From positions 1,676,993 through 1,740,992 of the forward strand of contig CP060220.1 of the NCBI GenBank assembly GCA_023898385.1: a stretch of DNA of 64,000 nucleotides, written 5' to 3'. Below are positions 9,597 to 17,997 of this stretch, piece after piece; the first letter of the stretch is position 1; the number at the start of each line of letters is the position of its first letter. Source of the DNA: Pseudobdellovibrionaceae bacterium. Lineage in GTDB: Bacteria > Bdellovibrionota > Bdellovibrionia > Bdellovibrionales > UBA1609. The notes beneath the pieces were generated by a model. It was not told the DNA's origin and did no database searches. It saw only the letters and a program-made list of their open reading frames with translations. The translations under genes and the position numbers were made by a program.

Positions 9597-10958
9597 TCAT
9601 ATACAATAAAGAGGCAGGCTTTTTAGGCGAAAGGTTACCGACTCATGCGATCCCTGCCAACGGTAGGACACGGTTTCTTCAAGCTGAGTGCGAAACTTTA
9701 AATCATAGCGAATCGCTTGATCCGTGACCTTCTGATGTTCACCCATAAACCGAATCAATGACTTCAGGCTACCGGCTTTTCCAGACTTGATCTCCACAGG
9801 AACCACTTTGTTGTCCATAGGGAGTACAAAATCCACCTCTGCGTTCTCAGGTACCTTATCCCGCAACCAGTAGTAGGTATTTGTTTTTTGTGTCTTAAAG
9901 CTATCTAGATAAAGGTGCTGGGCAGCAAATTGCTCCGCCATGTCGCCTTTGCTAAGAAGCAGATCGGGACTTAGCTCAGCGAGCTCAGACCACTTAAGGC
10001 CCATGAGACAATTATATAAACCTACATCCAGAAAAAATGTCTTAAAGACATTTCGATCTCCGGTTTTGCTTAACGGTAAGCCTGAACAGTTTGAATGAAA
10101 AACCTTTTGGGCCAAAAAGATACCCTCAAAAATGTCCAAGGCTTCCTTAATATACGGTGTTTTTGCTCGTGATAGGCGCGAATAAATTGTTTTTTTGCCT
10201 ATCTCGTAAGGCAATGAATTGAGTACATCGTGCAAGACCTCGCCTTGTTTGCCTGAAGCATACCGCTCAATGTCTTCATGGTAGGACTGCAACAAGTGTT
10301 GCTGCAGCTCACGGGCCGCCACATAGCTCCCATTGCTTTGATTAAAAGCCACTATGGCCTCCGGCATTCCACCCACAAAGAAAAAATCGGTCAGCTGTTT
10401 GACTAGCTCATTATGAATGGACTCGGTCAGTGCCGCAAAATCGCCTTGCCTGAACTGGTCAACAAATTCTGCCAATACATTTTTGCCCCTTGCCTTCAAA
10501 AACTCGTCGAAGGTGAACGGTCCAATGTAAAGATATTCTACTCGGCCCACCGGCGCTTTCAATTTCAATTGCCGCAGCACCACTTCAAGCAGGCTACCGG
10601 CAGCAATCACCGGCAATTCTGGTTTCTTTTCTTTGAAAAAACGCAGCCTGCTATAAGCTTTTTGGCTCTCTTGAATCTCATCAATAAATACTAATGAATT
10701 GGATTTAAGCTTCTTGTTTGCCACAGCCATAATTTCGTTTAGGCAACGATCTACATCGAACGAATCTTGATCGAACTCACTTATGAAGCTTTCCTCTAGG
10801 TTCACCTCCACAAGGTCTAGACCATTCACCGCAGCAAATTGCCTCACCAATTCTGTTTTGCCGACCTGCCGGGCACCCCGAATCACCAAGGGCTTACGCG
10901 AGGCCTTGATGTGCCAATCATTTAGGTGTTGAAGAGCTCCTCGCGCCAGGTAATTCAT
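9597..10958 (-). CDS. COG1373-type AAA+ ATPase with a C-terminal DUF4143 / PD-(D/E)xK-like domain
   Basis: Walker A GARQVGKT, Walker B LVFIDEIQ, and a C-terminal D-x(n)-E-x-K motif (VDFVLP...VPVEIKSGK). I prefer the start at MNYLARG (10958). The listed 11033 start would run into the tandem repeats. Confidence 0.8.
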   Translation of the reverse strand: MNYLARGALQHLNDWHIKASRKPLVIRGARQVGKTELVRQFAAVNGLDLVEVNLEESFISEFDQDSFDVDRCLNEIMAVANKKLKSNSLVFIDEIQESQKAYSRLRFFKEKKPELPVIAAGSLLEVVLRQLKLKAPVGRVEYLYIGPFTFDEFLKARGKNVLAEFVDQFRQGDFAALTESIHNELVKQLTDFFFVGGMPEAIVAFNQSNGSYVAARELQQHLLQSYHEDIERYASGKQGEVLHDVLNSLPYEIGKKTIYSRLSRAKTPYIKEALDIFEGIFLAQKVFHSNCSGLPLSKTGDRNVFKTFFLDVGLYNCLMGLKWSELAELSPDLLLSKGDMAEQFAAQHLYLDSFKTQKTNTYYWLRDKVPENAEVDFVLPMDNKVVPVEIKSGKAGSLKSLIRFMGEHQKVTDQAIRYDLKFRTQLEETVSYRWQGSHESVTFRLKSLPLYCI

Positions 10959-10996
10959 AAAATCCTCTTGTCTATTAACTACTTCATAGACATTAT

Positions 10997-11124
10997 GACG
11001 AAATACCGACCTGTTTTCAACATTTTTGGACAAAATACCGACCTGTTTTCACTATTTTTGCTAAAAAGCCGACCTATTTTAAGGTTTTTTTGTCAAAATT
11101 CCGACCTATTTGCTGTTGCTCAAA
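10997..11124. repeat. four tandem ~32-bp repeats (iteron-like) with core CCGACCT
   Basis: The units begin at 10997, 11029, 11061 and 11093. The CCGACCT cores are at 11006, 11038, 11069 and 11101 (spacing 32, 31, 32). The first two units are nearly identical: GAC(G/A)AAATACCGACCTGTTTTCA(A/C)(C/T)ATTTTTG. Confidence 0.85.
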
Positions 11125-11299
11125 GGTATCGGTAAGATAAACCAAGCCGTCGCAATTTATCTTGCTGGATATTTTCGGCATTTTTGGCAGGTCAATTCAA
11201 TTAGCGGCGAACATCGGGACATTTTTCTTAGAGCTACGAGTTGTATACGCCAAAAGATTTTGATTGAAATTTAGCAATCCACACGCGATGGCAATCTTG

Positions 11300-11330
11300 A
11301 TGCGGACGTACTTGTGGCGCCGTAGTTTTG
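11300..11330 (+). repeat. 31-bp direct repeat, copy 2
   Basis: Exact copy of 9372-9402. Confidence 0.9.
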
Positions 11331-11525
11331 TCGACATTTTTTAAGCCCTTTGATGGTCTTTTTTTTAGGAGGTCATGAATGACATTCAGAAAATACAACG
11401 GGCTTCCCCTAAAAACACTAGGGTGAGGATGTCGCGGTTAAATTTAGGTAACAGTATCGCTGTAAAACAACAGAGCCAGACAAAATTGTCTTAAAATAAG
11501 ACGATTCTGCCCACAAATACTAAAT

Positions 11526-11545
11526 TTTTGCGGTATACCGCAAAA
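11526..11545. promoter_or_regulatory. perfect 20-bp palindrome TTTTGCGGTATACCGCAAAA
   Basis: Read directly from the sequence. It sits 7 nt upstream of the TAAA -35-like element of the FG-GAP gene. It could be an operator or a weak bidirectional terminator. Confidence 0.4.
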
Positions 11546-11551
11546 TAAAGC

Positions 11552-11578
11552 TAAATTAATTTCGAACCCCACCGATAA
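11552..11578 (+). promoter_or_regulatory. sigma-28 (FliA)-type promoter candidate, TAAA-N16-CCGATAA
   Basis: TAAA at 11552-11555 and CCGATAA at 11572-11578. The spacing equals the TAAA-N15-GCCGATAA consensus. It lies 50-70 nt upstream of the FG-GAP start. Confidence 0.5.
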
Positions 11579-11626
11579 GACTTTAGGCTAAGTCACCGGA
11601 TAGGTGGCATTTTTTATCGAACAAGG

Positions 11627-14458
11627 GTGATAACGCAATTGAAAAAAATGATGTTCGGAACGTATTTCAATCAGTCTGTGCTGCTTTACTCTGCAGTTTC
11701 ACTTGTTTTTCTTCTTGGCTGTCAACTGGGTGACAATCAAATCCACGGCCGCATCAGTGGTGCTAGCGGGGCTGGTCAGTTTCAGCCCAGTTTTTTGATC
11801 AATGGCGGTAGCAGCTATGTGTCTGCGACCAGTGTAACTTTGCAAATCGAGCCCGATGGCGCAGTGGAATATTCTGTCCACCAAGACGCCTCTCAATGTG
11901 AGTCTACCCAGAGCTGGGAGCCAATCAGTGCTTCAGCCACAATTCCCCTTGAGCATCTTAATGACCTCGTGTCGGTTTTTATTAAATTTCGCACCGCCGA
12001 CGGCCTTGAATCGACCTGCATTAGTCAATCAATCACTCATGACAGTTTGGAACCCCTTCCGCCAGATACTTTGACGTTCAATTTAAGCTCCAGCTTTGAT
12101 GCGAGCACTACACCTGAACTAAACTTCTCGGCCGCCGCTGACCAAGGCAATGGCGATATTCATCACTACGAAGCTAGAATCGTTGCTGCCGATGGCGTCA
12201 CTGAAGTGGAACCATGGGTCACTGTGGAGACAGGCTATTCATTTTCGGGCCTAACTAGTTTAACACCGGGCGATCGATATCTTGTCGAAGTTCGGTCTGT
12301 GGATAAGGCTGGTAATGTGAGCGCGGGAAATTTATCTGATATTTTCACTGATAAAATCATTGAGTCCCGAATAGAAGGCCTCACTGACGTTGTTCATGCA
12401 ATCACCCCCGTAGATCTTGATGGCGATGGTGATTTGGATATTGTTTTGTCGGCGTACGACCAATACCTTTGGGCGGAAAATCTGGATGGCCTTGGAAAGT
12501 ACAGCACATTTAAGCCTGTGAGCCTATTATCAAAAACTTACGGCGGAGCCGTCACAGTTTACGACTTTAATGGTGACGGCACCAAGGATGTGGTAGCACC
12601 CCTTAAAAACCAAATCGTTTGGTTTCCGAACCAAGTTGCAGCCTATGGTCGATTTTTAATGCCCGTCCAAATAGTCGACCTGCCGGAAGCTCCGTTTGCA
12701 ATAGATATGGGAGACTTTAATGGCGATGGTCAGCCTGACTTTATTTATTTTTTAGCCGTGGCACAGGAACTAGGCTGTGTCCTCTCAAACAGTGACGGCA
12801 GCTATTCCACCCAACCGATCCATACCGGGTTCACGATATTTCCTTATAGCAATCCCATGATTGTGGATTTTGACTCTGATGGTGATTTAGATATTGTCGC
12901 CAATTTAGGATCTGACACCGTCTTGTTTCGCAACTCCGACGGACTTGGCGCCTTCTCGGGACCTGAAGTATTGGTGTCGGGCGCTCTCCAACTGGCCCAC
13001 GGTGATCTCGATGGTGACGGTGACCCTGACTTTATTTCGTCATTGCGAGTTTACAAGAACAACGCCGGCACATTGGTACCTATGGCTGATTACGAAACAG
13101 TTAATACCTATTTTACAAACTATATAAGTCTCGTGGCTGATATGGATAGCGATGGCGATTTAGATTTTGTTACAAAAAGAGCTACGGGCAATAATCAGGT
13201 GCAATGGCATGAAAATACTGATGGCTTAGGCACGTTATCGGCAGGTGTCACTCTGGCCACTGAACTGATGGGCCAAGATATCGATGGCTTTAGTGTTCTT
13301 GATTATGATGGCGACCTGGATCTAGACGTTATAGTCGCTTTTGATGACCCATTTGATTTAGTCATGATTGAAAATACAGATGGCCACGGCGCTTTTGGAC
13401 CGGCTGACTCTGTCACCAACCAACTCACTGGGGTCTATCTTCACGACGTTGTAGATTTTGATGCCGATGGCGACCTGGACATTATTGCATTAACCGGCAC
13501 CAGTGTTGTTTGGGTTGAGAATACCGATGGTCAGGGTAAAATGAATGCCAATCACAATTTGGTATCAGATTATTTGCCGATACAAAAAAACTTGCGGGTT
13601 GTTGACATGGACGGCGACTCCGATTTGGATATCGTGACTGCTAGTACCAGTCAGATTTTTTGGTATGAGAATCTCAACCCTGGTTTCTCTGGCCGGATTG
13701 TTATTACTTCTGCGGTAAACAACCTAAAAGACTTTATCATTGCAGATATTGATAACGACAGCGATCCAGATATTTTTTCAGTTTCAGATGGCGATGAGAA
13801 AACCGCCATGTACCTCAATAATGGCGATGGAACATTTGGCTCGCAAAATGTGATCACCACGTCGTTAATAGACCCACTTTCACTACGACTGGAAGACATT
13901 GATGGCGACTCGGATTTAGATTTGGTTGTGCTAAAATATCACTACGTCAACTTTTCTACCCAACACAGAGGTGTCCATTGGATTGAAAATACCGATGGCG
14001 CAGGCACTTTTGGCACCATTCGCAACATCATGACTGGTCAGTTATGCATCAACAATACCAATATCCCTCACCCCGGATTGGAGTTTGCTGATTTAGACGG
14101 TGACGGCGACCTCGACATGGTTTGCTTTGGACTGGGTGCCAGTACGAATTCTTGGGTGAAAAACACTGACGGTGCTGGAACATTTTCAGCTCCCACGAGT
14201 TTGGGCTTCACCTCAGGGTTTTTAGAATCGTTGGATTTTGACAACGACGGCGACCTCGATTTGGTGGCTTTCAGAGCTTCAGGCCTCAATTGGTATGAGA
14301 ACACTGACGGCCTGGGAACATTCGGAGGCGAAAACCTGATCTCTAGTGGGCTAATATCGTTGTCCTATCCCACCACAGCTGATTTTAACGGCAACGGAAA
14401 ATTGGATCTCCTCGGCGTGGTCGGCAACCTATTCTCGCCCTACATTGTTCTTCGGTAG
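11627..14458 (+). CDS. large FG-GAP/VCBS-repeat lipoprotein (integrin-alpha-like, about 14 Ca-binding blades) with an N-terminal FN3-like region
   Basis: Lipobox FLLGC. Hand count of 14 Dx(D/N)xDGDxD loops (DLDGDGDLDIV, DFDSDGDLDIV and others), each near a W-x-EN-x-DG-x-G-x-F motif. The start is more likely MMFGTYF at 11648. Confidence 0.85.
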   Translation: MITQLKKMMFGTYFNQSVLLYSAVSLVFLLGCQLGDNQIHGRISGASGAGQFQPSFLINGGSSYVSATSVTLQIEPDGAVEYSVHQDASQCESTQSWEPISASATIPLEHLNDLVSVFIKFRTADGLESTCISQSITHDSLEPLPPDTLTFNLSSSFDASTTPELNFSAAADQGNGDIHHYEARIVAADGVTEVEPWVTVETGYSFSGLTSLTPGDRYLVEVRSVDKAGNVSAGNLSDIFTDKIIESRIEGLTDVVHAITPVDLDGDGDLDIVLSAYDQYLWAENLDGLGKYSTFKPVSLLSKTYGGAVTVYDFNGDGTKDVVAPLKNQIVWFPNQVAAYGRFLMPVQIVDLPEAPFAIDMGDFNGDGQPDFIYFLAVAQELGCVLSNSDGSYSTQPIHTGFTIFPYSNPMIVDFDSDGDLDIVANLGSDTVLFRNSDGLGAFSGPEVLVSGALQLAHGDLDGDGDPDFISSLRVYKNNAGTLVPMADYETVNTYFTNYISLVADMDSDGDLDFVTKRATGNNQVQWHENTDGLGTLSAGVTLATELMGQDIDGFSVLDYDGDLDLDVIVAFDDPFDLVMIENTDGHGAFGPADSVTNQLTGVYLHDVVDFDADGDLDIIALTGTSVVWVENTDGQGKMNANHNLVSDYLPIQKNLRVVDMDGDSDLDIVTASTSQIFWYENLNPGFSGRIVITSAVNNLKDFIIADIDNDSDPDIFSVSDGDEKTAMYLNNGDGTFGSQNVITTSLIDPLSLRLEDIDGDSDLDLVVLKYHYVNFSTQHRGVHWIENTDGAGTFGTIRNIMTGQLCINNTNIPHPGLEFADLDGDGDLDMVCFGLGASTNSWVKNTDGAGTFSAPTSLGFTSGFLESLDFDNDGDLDLVAFRASGLNWYENTDGLGTFGGENLISSGLISLSYPTTADFNGNGKLDLLGVVGNLFSPYIVLR

Positions 14459-14690
14459 ACCCTCGAATGATTTTTTACAATCAATATTCTCAAAATGATA
14501 TAAAATGGACCATGACTCAATACCATGAATGTCAGCAGACAACGTGAAATCTCATTAATCTGGTGCCGACTCACCATGTCCACAACTGAATCTCAGTCTA
14601 ATTTGGCTAGTACGTAAATTCTCAATTTAAAACAAAATCAAAAAAATCTCTATCGCACGCCTAAAACCTCTCAAGAAATTCCATATTTTT

Positions 14691-14697
14691 CCGATAA
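14691..14697 (+). promoter_or_regulatory. sigma-28-type -10-like element CCGATAA (extended CCGATAAGACTTACGGCT)
   Basis: The 18-mer matches CCGATAAGACTTTAGGCT at 11572 except at 2 positions. The -35 position reads TCAA (3/4). Confidence 0.4.
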
Positions 14698-14815
14698 GAC
14701 TTACGGCTGATTATTTATTTTACTAATTTTAAAAGGATTGAACTTGAGATGCAGAAATCTTAGATTCTTCACTTCTGAAGCTCAGCTGCCAAAAACTGGC
14801 CGCTGTTACCCAACA

Positions 14816-16630
14816 ATGGTACGTTATGGAGCCCTGGTCCGTCTGCTCTTTTCGATGTTTTTCATTGCATCGACTTCTTGCCGTCTTGGTGACAACCGAA
14901 TCTATGGAGTCATAAGATCGGATTCATTGCCGTCAACTCCGACAACACCTCTAGTTGTTGCAGCAGCACCTGCACAAATGGGGGTCGGAACTACAAATAA
15001 TATCGCGCCTAGCGGTGGAACACCGCCATACACCTATGAAGTGGTTGCTGGACAGGCCACTGTGGATAGCAATGGTACTGTTTCATTGAATTGGGGCCTC
15101 GGTGACGTACAAATACGAATTACCGATAGCAGTGGCAACGAACAATTCTGGAACACAGAAGTGACGGGGGCAAAGCTCCATCCTGACGTGGTGATTGGCG
15201 GCGACCTGGATACCTACTATACGTGTGCCGCAACAAACAAGGTTTACTTTATTGGTGATGTGTATACTGACGGAATCAATGAACTCTTCGAATCTGATCT
15301 CAACGGCGGCAACTTTCGAAAGCTCAATCAGACTCTTGCCCCTGGCCAATCCGTATTACAATTTAGTCTTTCGCCAGACTGCAGCCACATCACTTATTCC
15401 GCCGACGACAATGGCGATGGCTCACGCGATGTGTTCACGCTGGACCTCTCTGGGGGGACGCCCGTAAATGTGAGTGCCTTAACCGGTACAGTTTCCACTT
15501 TTCCGCGATTTGCTGATAGTGGGGCAAAAGTTGTGTTTTTAGCCCAGTATTCAGGGCCCTTAAAATCAGTGGTGATGGCTGCTGTAGTTGGGGATGATGA
15601 TAGCGCCTATGTACTCAATGGCCCGTTAGCGTCAGATAACCCTGGTGTTGATAACATCTTTATGCTGCCTGACGACCAGACGGTTGCCTACTGGGGCACA
15701 CAAGATGACAACGCTAATAAAGAGCTCTTTACTGTGTCTATTAATGGAGGCGCCTACACAAATACCACAGCCCCCGGAACAGGTGATTGGGTTTTTTTCA
15801 CCGGATACTCAGCTGGCGGCAATCGATTGGTCTACGGATCTAGCCAACCGGTGACCAATTGTTATCTTTATGGAGCCACGGCGGGAATCCAAGGCGCGAT
15901 AGATCTCACCTCTCCAAGCGTTAACTATGCCTCACAAGTGGATTTCTCCTGCTCCCAATTTAAAATCAGCTCTGATGGAAATACAGTGATATATTTCGGA
16001 AAAGAATCGCCATCTAACCAATTTGCCCTTTACAAATCATCGACGACATCGACCGGTAGCACCCGCCTCACCCAACTAGAAACGGTGCCTTCATCCTATT
16101 CGGTCAACAGTTACGCATATTCACGGGACCAGTCACATGCCTATTTTGTCGGCAAACTATCAGGCGAGACTATAGGTCAACTGTACAAAGTTCCTTTAGC
16201 AGGAGGACCCTCAACTAAACTTACCAACTATGCATCGGGCACAGGGGTAACAAGTTTTCAGGAGTCAGTTGATCAAACAAAAATCGTCTACAAATTCAAC
16301 ACCGGATCAGGTCAGCACCTTTACTCGATGGATGTCGACGGCGGCTCGAACACGCCATTGATGAGCTCCGGAGACGTTGGTCAGTTGCAGATTACAAGTA
16401 GTAACCGAGTGATATTCTCACATCGACCGTCTACGTCGGGTTCATATGATCTTTATTCAGTGAACCTCGATGGCAGTGATATAAAAAAGATTTCAGGTGA
16501 TGCCACATCAGGGGGGGGAATGCAATGGGGTACGGAATTTACAGTCTCCGCCGACGGGCTAAAGGTTGTTTATAAGTCAGACCAAGAAGTGGATGAGCAA
16601 TACGAGATTTACGTAACTGGCGCTAAATAA
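14816..16630 (+). CDS. exported beta-propeller lipoprotein (PD40/TolB-like repeats) with an N-terminal Ig-like region
   Basis: Signal peptide and lipobox (FFIASTSC) follow Met at 14816. Recurrent motifs are of the type DG..I.Y......G....L(Y/F)....DG (DVFTLDLSGG, LYSMDVDGG, LYSVNLDGSD). The listed 14738 start adds 26 non-signal residues. Confidence 0.7.
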   Translation: MVRYGALVRLLFSMFFIASTSCRLGDNRIYGVIRSDSLPSTPTTPLVVAAAPAQMGVGTTNNIAPSGGTPPYTYEVVAGQATVDSNGTVSLNWGLGDVQIRITDSSGNEQFWNTEVTGAKLHPDVVIGGDLDTYYTCAATNKVYFIGDVYTDGINELFESDLNGGNFRKLNQTLAPGQSVLQFSLSPDCSHITYSADDNGDGSRDVFTLDLSGGTPVNVSALTGTVSTFPRFADSGAKVVFLAQYSGPLKSVVMAAVVGDDDSAYVLNGPLASDNPGVDNIFMLPDDQTVAYWGTQDDNANKELFTVSINGGAYTNTTAPGTGDWVFFTGYSAGGNRLVYGSSQPVTNCYLYGATAGIQGAIDLTSPSVNYASQVDFSCSQFKISSDGNTVIYFGKESPSNQFALYKSSTTSTGSTRLTQLETVPSSYSVNSYAYSRDQSHAYFVGKLSGETIGQLYKVPLAGGPSTKLTNYASGTGVTSFQESVDQTKIVYKFNTGSGQHLYSMDVDGGSNTPLMSSGDVGQLQITSSNRVIFSHRPSTSGSYDLYSVNLDGSDIKKISGDATSGGGMQWGTEFTVSADGLKVVYKSDQEVDEQYEIYVTGAK

Positions 16631-16903
16631 CGAGATCTTTGTAGGCATTCCGACCATTTTTTAGTCGTCGGGCAGACACCTGAATAATCCATTTCTAGTT
16701 TTCGAAAAACCAACGACGCAACCATCAACCGCTATTAATAATTCACAAGGGTTATTGGTGAAACACCGAACCATGGACCCACTTTACACTGCGGCTTAGG
16801 TCCGAATACGAAAATCAAACGTATCGTTACTCAACCTATATCTAGTTTGCCTGGATGGATCCGACCATGGTCTAAATGAAATTTTATTTTATCAGGTTTT
16901 TAT

Positions 16904-16910
16904 CCGATAC
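16904..16910 (+). promoter_or_regulatory. sigma-28-type -10-like element CCGATAC
   Basis: It lies 7 nt upstream of ATG 16918. The -35 position matches poorly (TTAT). Confidence 0.25.
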
Positions 16911-16917
16911 TAAGACT

Positions 16918-17997
16918 ATGAAAAGGTTCTATCTATATATCGCACTTTTTCTAATTTACTTTGTTCCACACGAAGTATTTGCAAAGGTTTGTTCACACCT
17001 AGTGCAGCCCTACGAGCACACAATGCACATACTAAGGGTTTATGGGCATACTAGCCCAAACAAATCTACCCTTGATCAATTTAAAAAGCTCAATCGGGAT
17101 TTAAAAAGCATCAACTACCTCATACCTGGTAAAATCGTGTTCGTTCCGGTAGCGAAAAAGTTTGGCGAAAACTTCCAGTGCTATAGCCGAATATTTGAAA
17201 ATTATCCTGCCGTACAAGTGACTCCAGTTATACATGTGAACCTACCATCAAACGGTTATGGGACGGTGACGGCTCCGCCCCTGGCTAAACACTATGGCTC
17301 TGTGCAACGGCAATCCGCCTCCGCCAGCCCCCTCCCTGCACGCATGGCAGGTCCCATAGACGATTACAAACCCTTGGATTACTCTTTATCTGCCGAGTAC
17401 TACCCCTCATTCGGCACCATCACGTCCATAGCAAAATCAGATAGTTCAAAGGCCACCGCAGTTTCGAACCTTAATCATGGTATTAACGTTACAGCATCAC
17501 TATTCCCAAATGAAGATTTCACATATTCATTTAGCGGAGGGTACCAAGCGCATAGTTATGCTGAGTTCGAAAATCGAATTTTTGAAAATAGAAGTCACCA
17601 ACTCACAAAATTGCACATTGGTGCGAGCTACAAAATCTCTGCCATTCACAGCATCTCAGGCCGTGTGGGAATCAAAACTAGTTTATTTTTAGTCCCAAAT
17701 GACACCACCACCATTACAATGAAAAAGCTGTCTCAAAATGAAATGGTCGTAGGCTATGCCGCGAAATTGGATATTCTTAATGGATCATTTTATAACAATA
17801 TTTTCCTTAAATACGATTTACCAGGGTCATCTGAACTAAATCCTGAAAATGGATTTGGGATAGAGTATAATAATAAATGGATAGGCATCGACCAGCACAT
17901 TTATTTTGGTGGCCTATTCGAATATTTTTCGCAGGAAATTGCCAATTACTCGCAATCGACTGTGAATTACGGATTGTTGGTAGGCTATGAATACTAA
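16918..17997 (+). CDS. outer-membrane beta-barrel protein with an N-terminal LysM-like segment
   Basis: Signal peptide MKRFYLYIALFLIYFVPHEVFA. The C-terminal half has alternating hydrophobic residues and ends in GYEY (aromatic terminus). There is an LysM-like stretch LDQFKKLNRDLKSINYLIPGKIVFVP. Confidence 0.6.
   Translation: MKRFYLYIALFLIYFVPHEVFAKVCSHLVQPYEHTMHILRVYGHTSPNKSTLDQFKKLNRDLKSINYLIPGKIVFVPVAKKFGENFQCYSRIFENYPAVQVTPVIHVNLPSNGYGTVTAPPLAKHYGSVQRQSASASPLPARMAGPIDDYKPLDYSLSAEYYPSFGTITSIAKSDSSKATAVSNLNHGINVTASLFPNEDFTYSFSGGYQAHSYAEFENRIFENRSHQLTKLHIGASYKISAIHSISGRVGIKTSLFLVPNDTTTITMKKLSQNEMVVGYAAKLDILNGSFYNNIFLKYDLPGSSELNPENGFGIEYNNKWIGIDQHIYFGGLFEYFSQEIANYSQSTVNYGLLVGYEY

Noticed and set aside
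10997-11124. Possible CRISPR array, because of the regularly spaced repeats
   Set aside because: The units are contiguous, with no unique spacers between them. There are only four copies, they degenerate progressively, and no cas genes are nearby. This is a tandem iteron array, not a CRISPR array.
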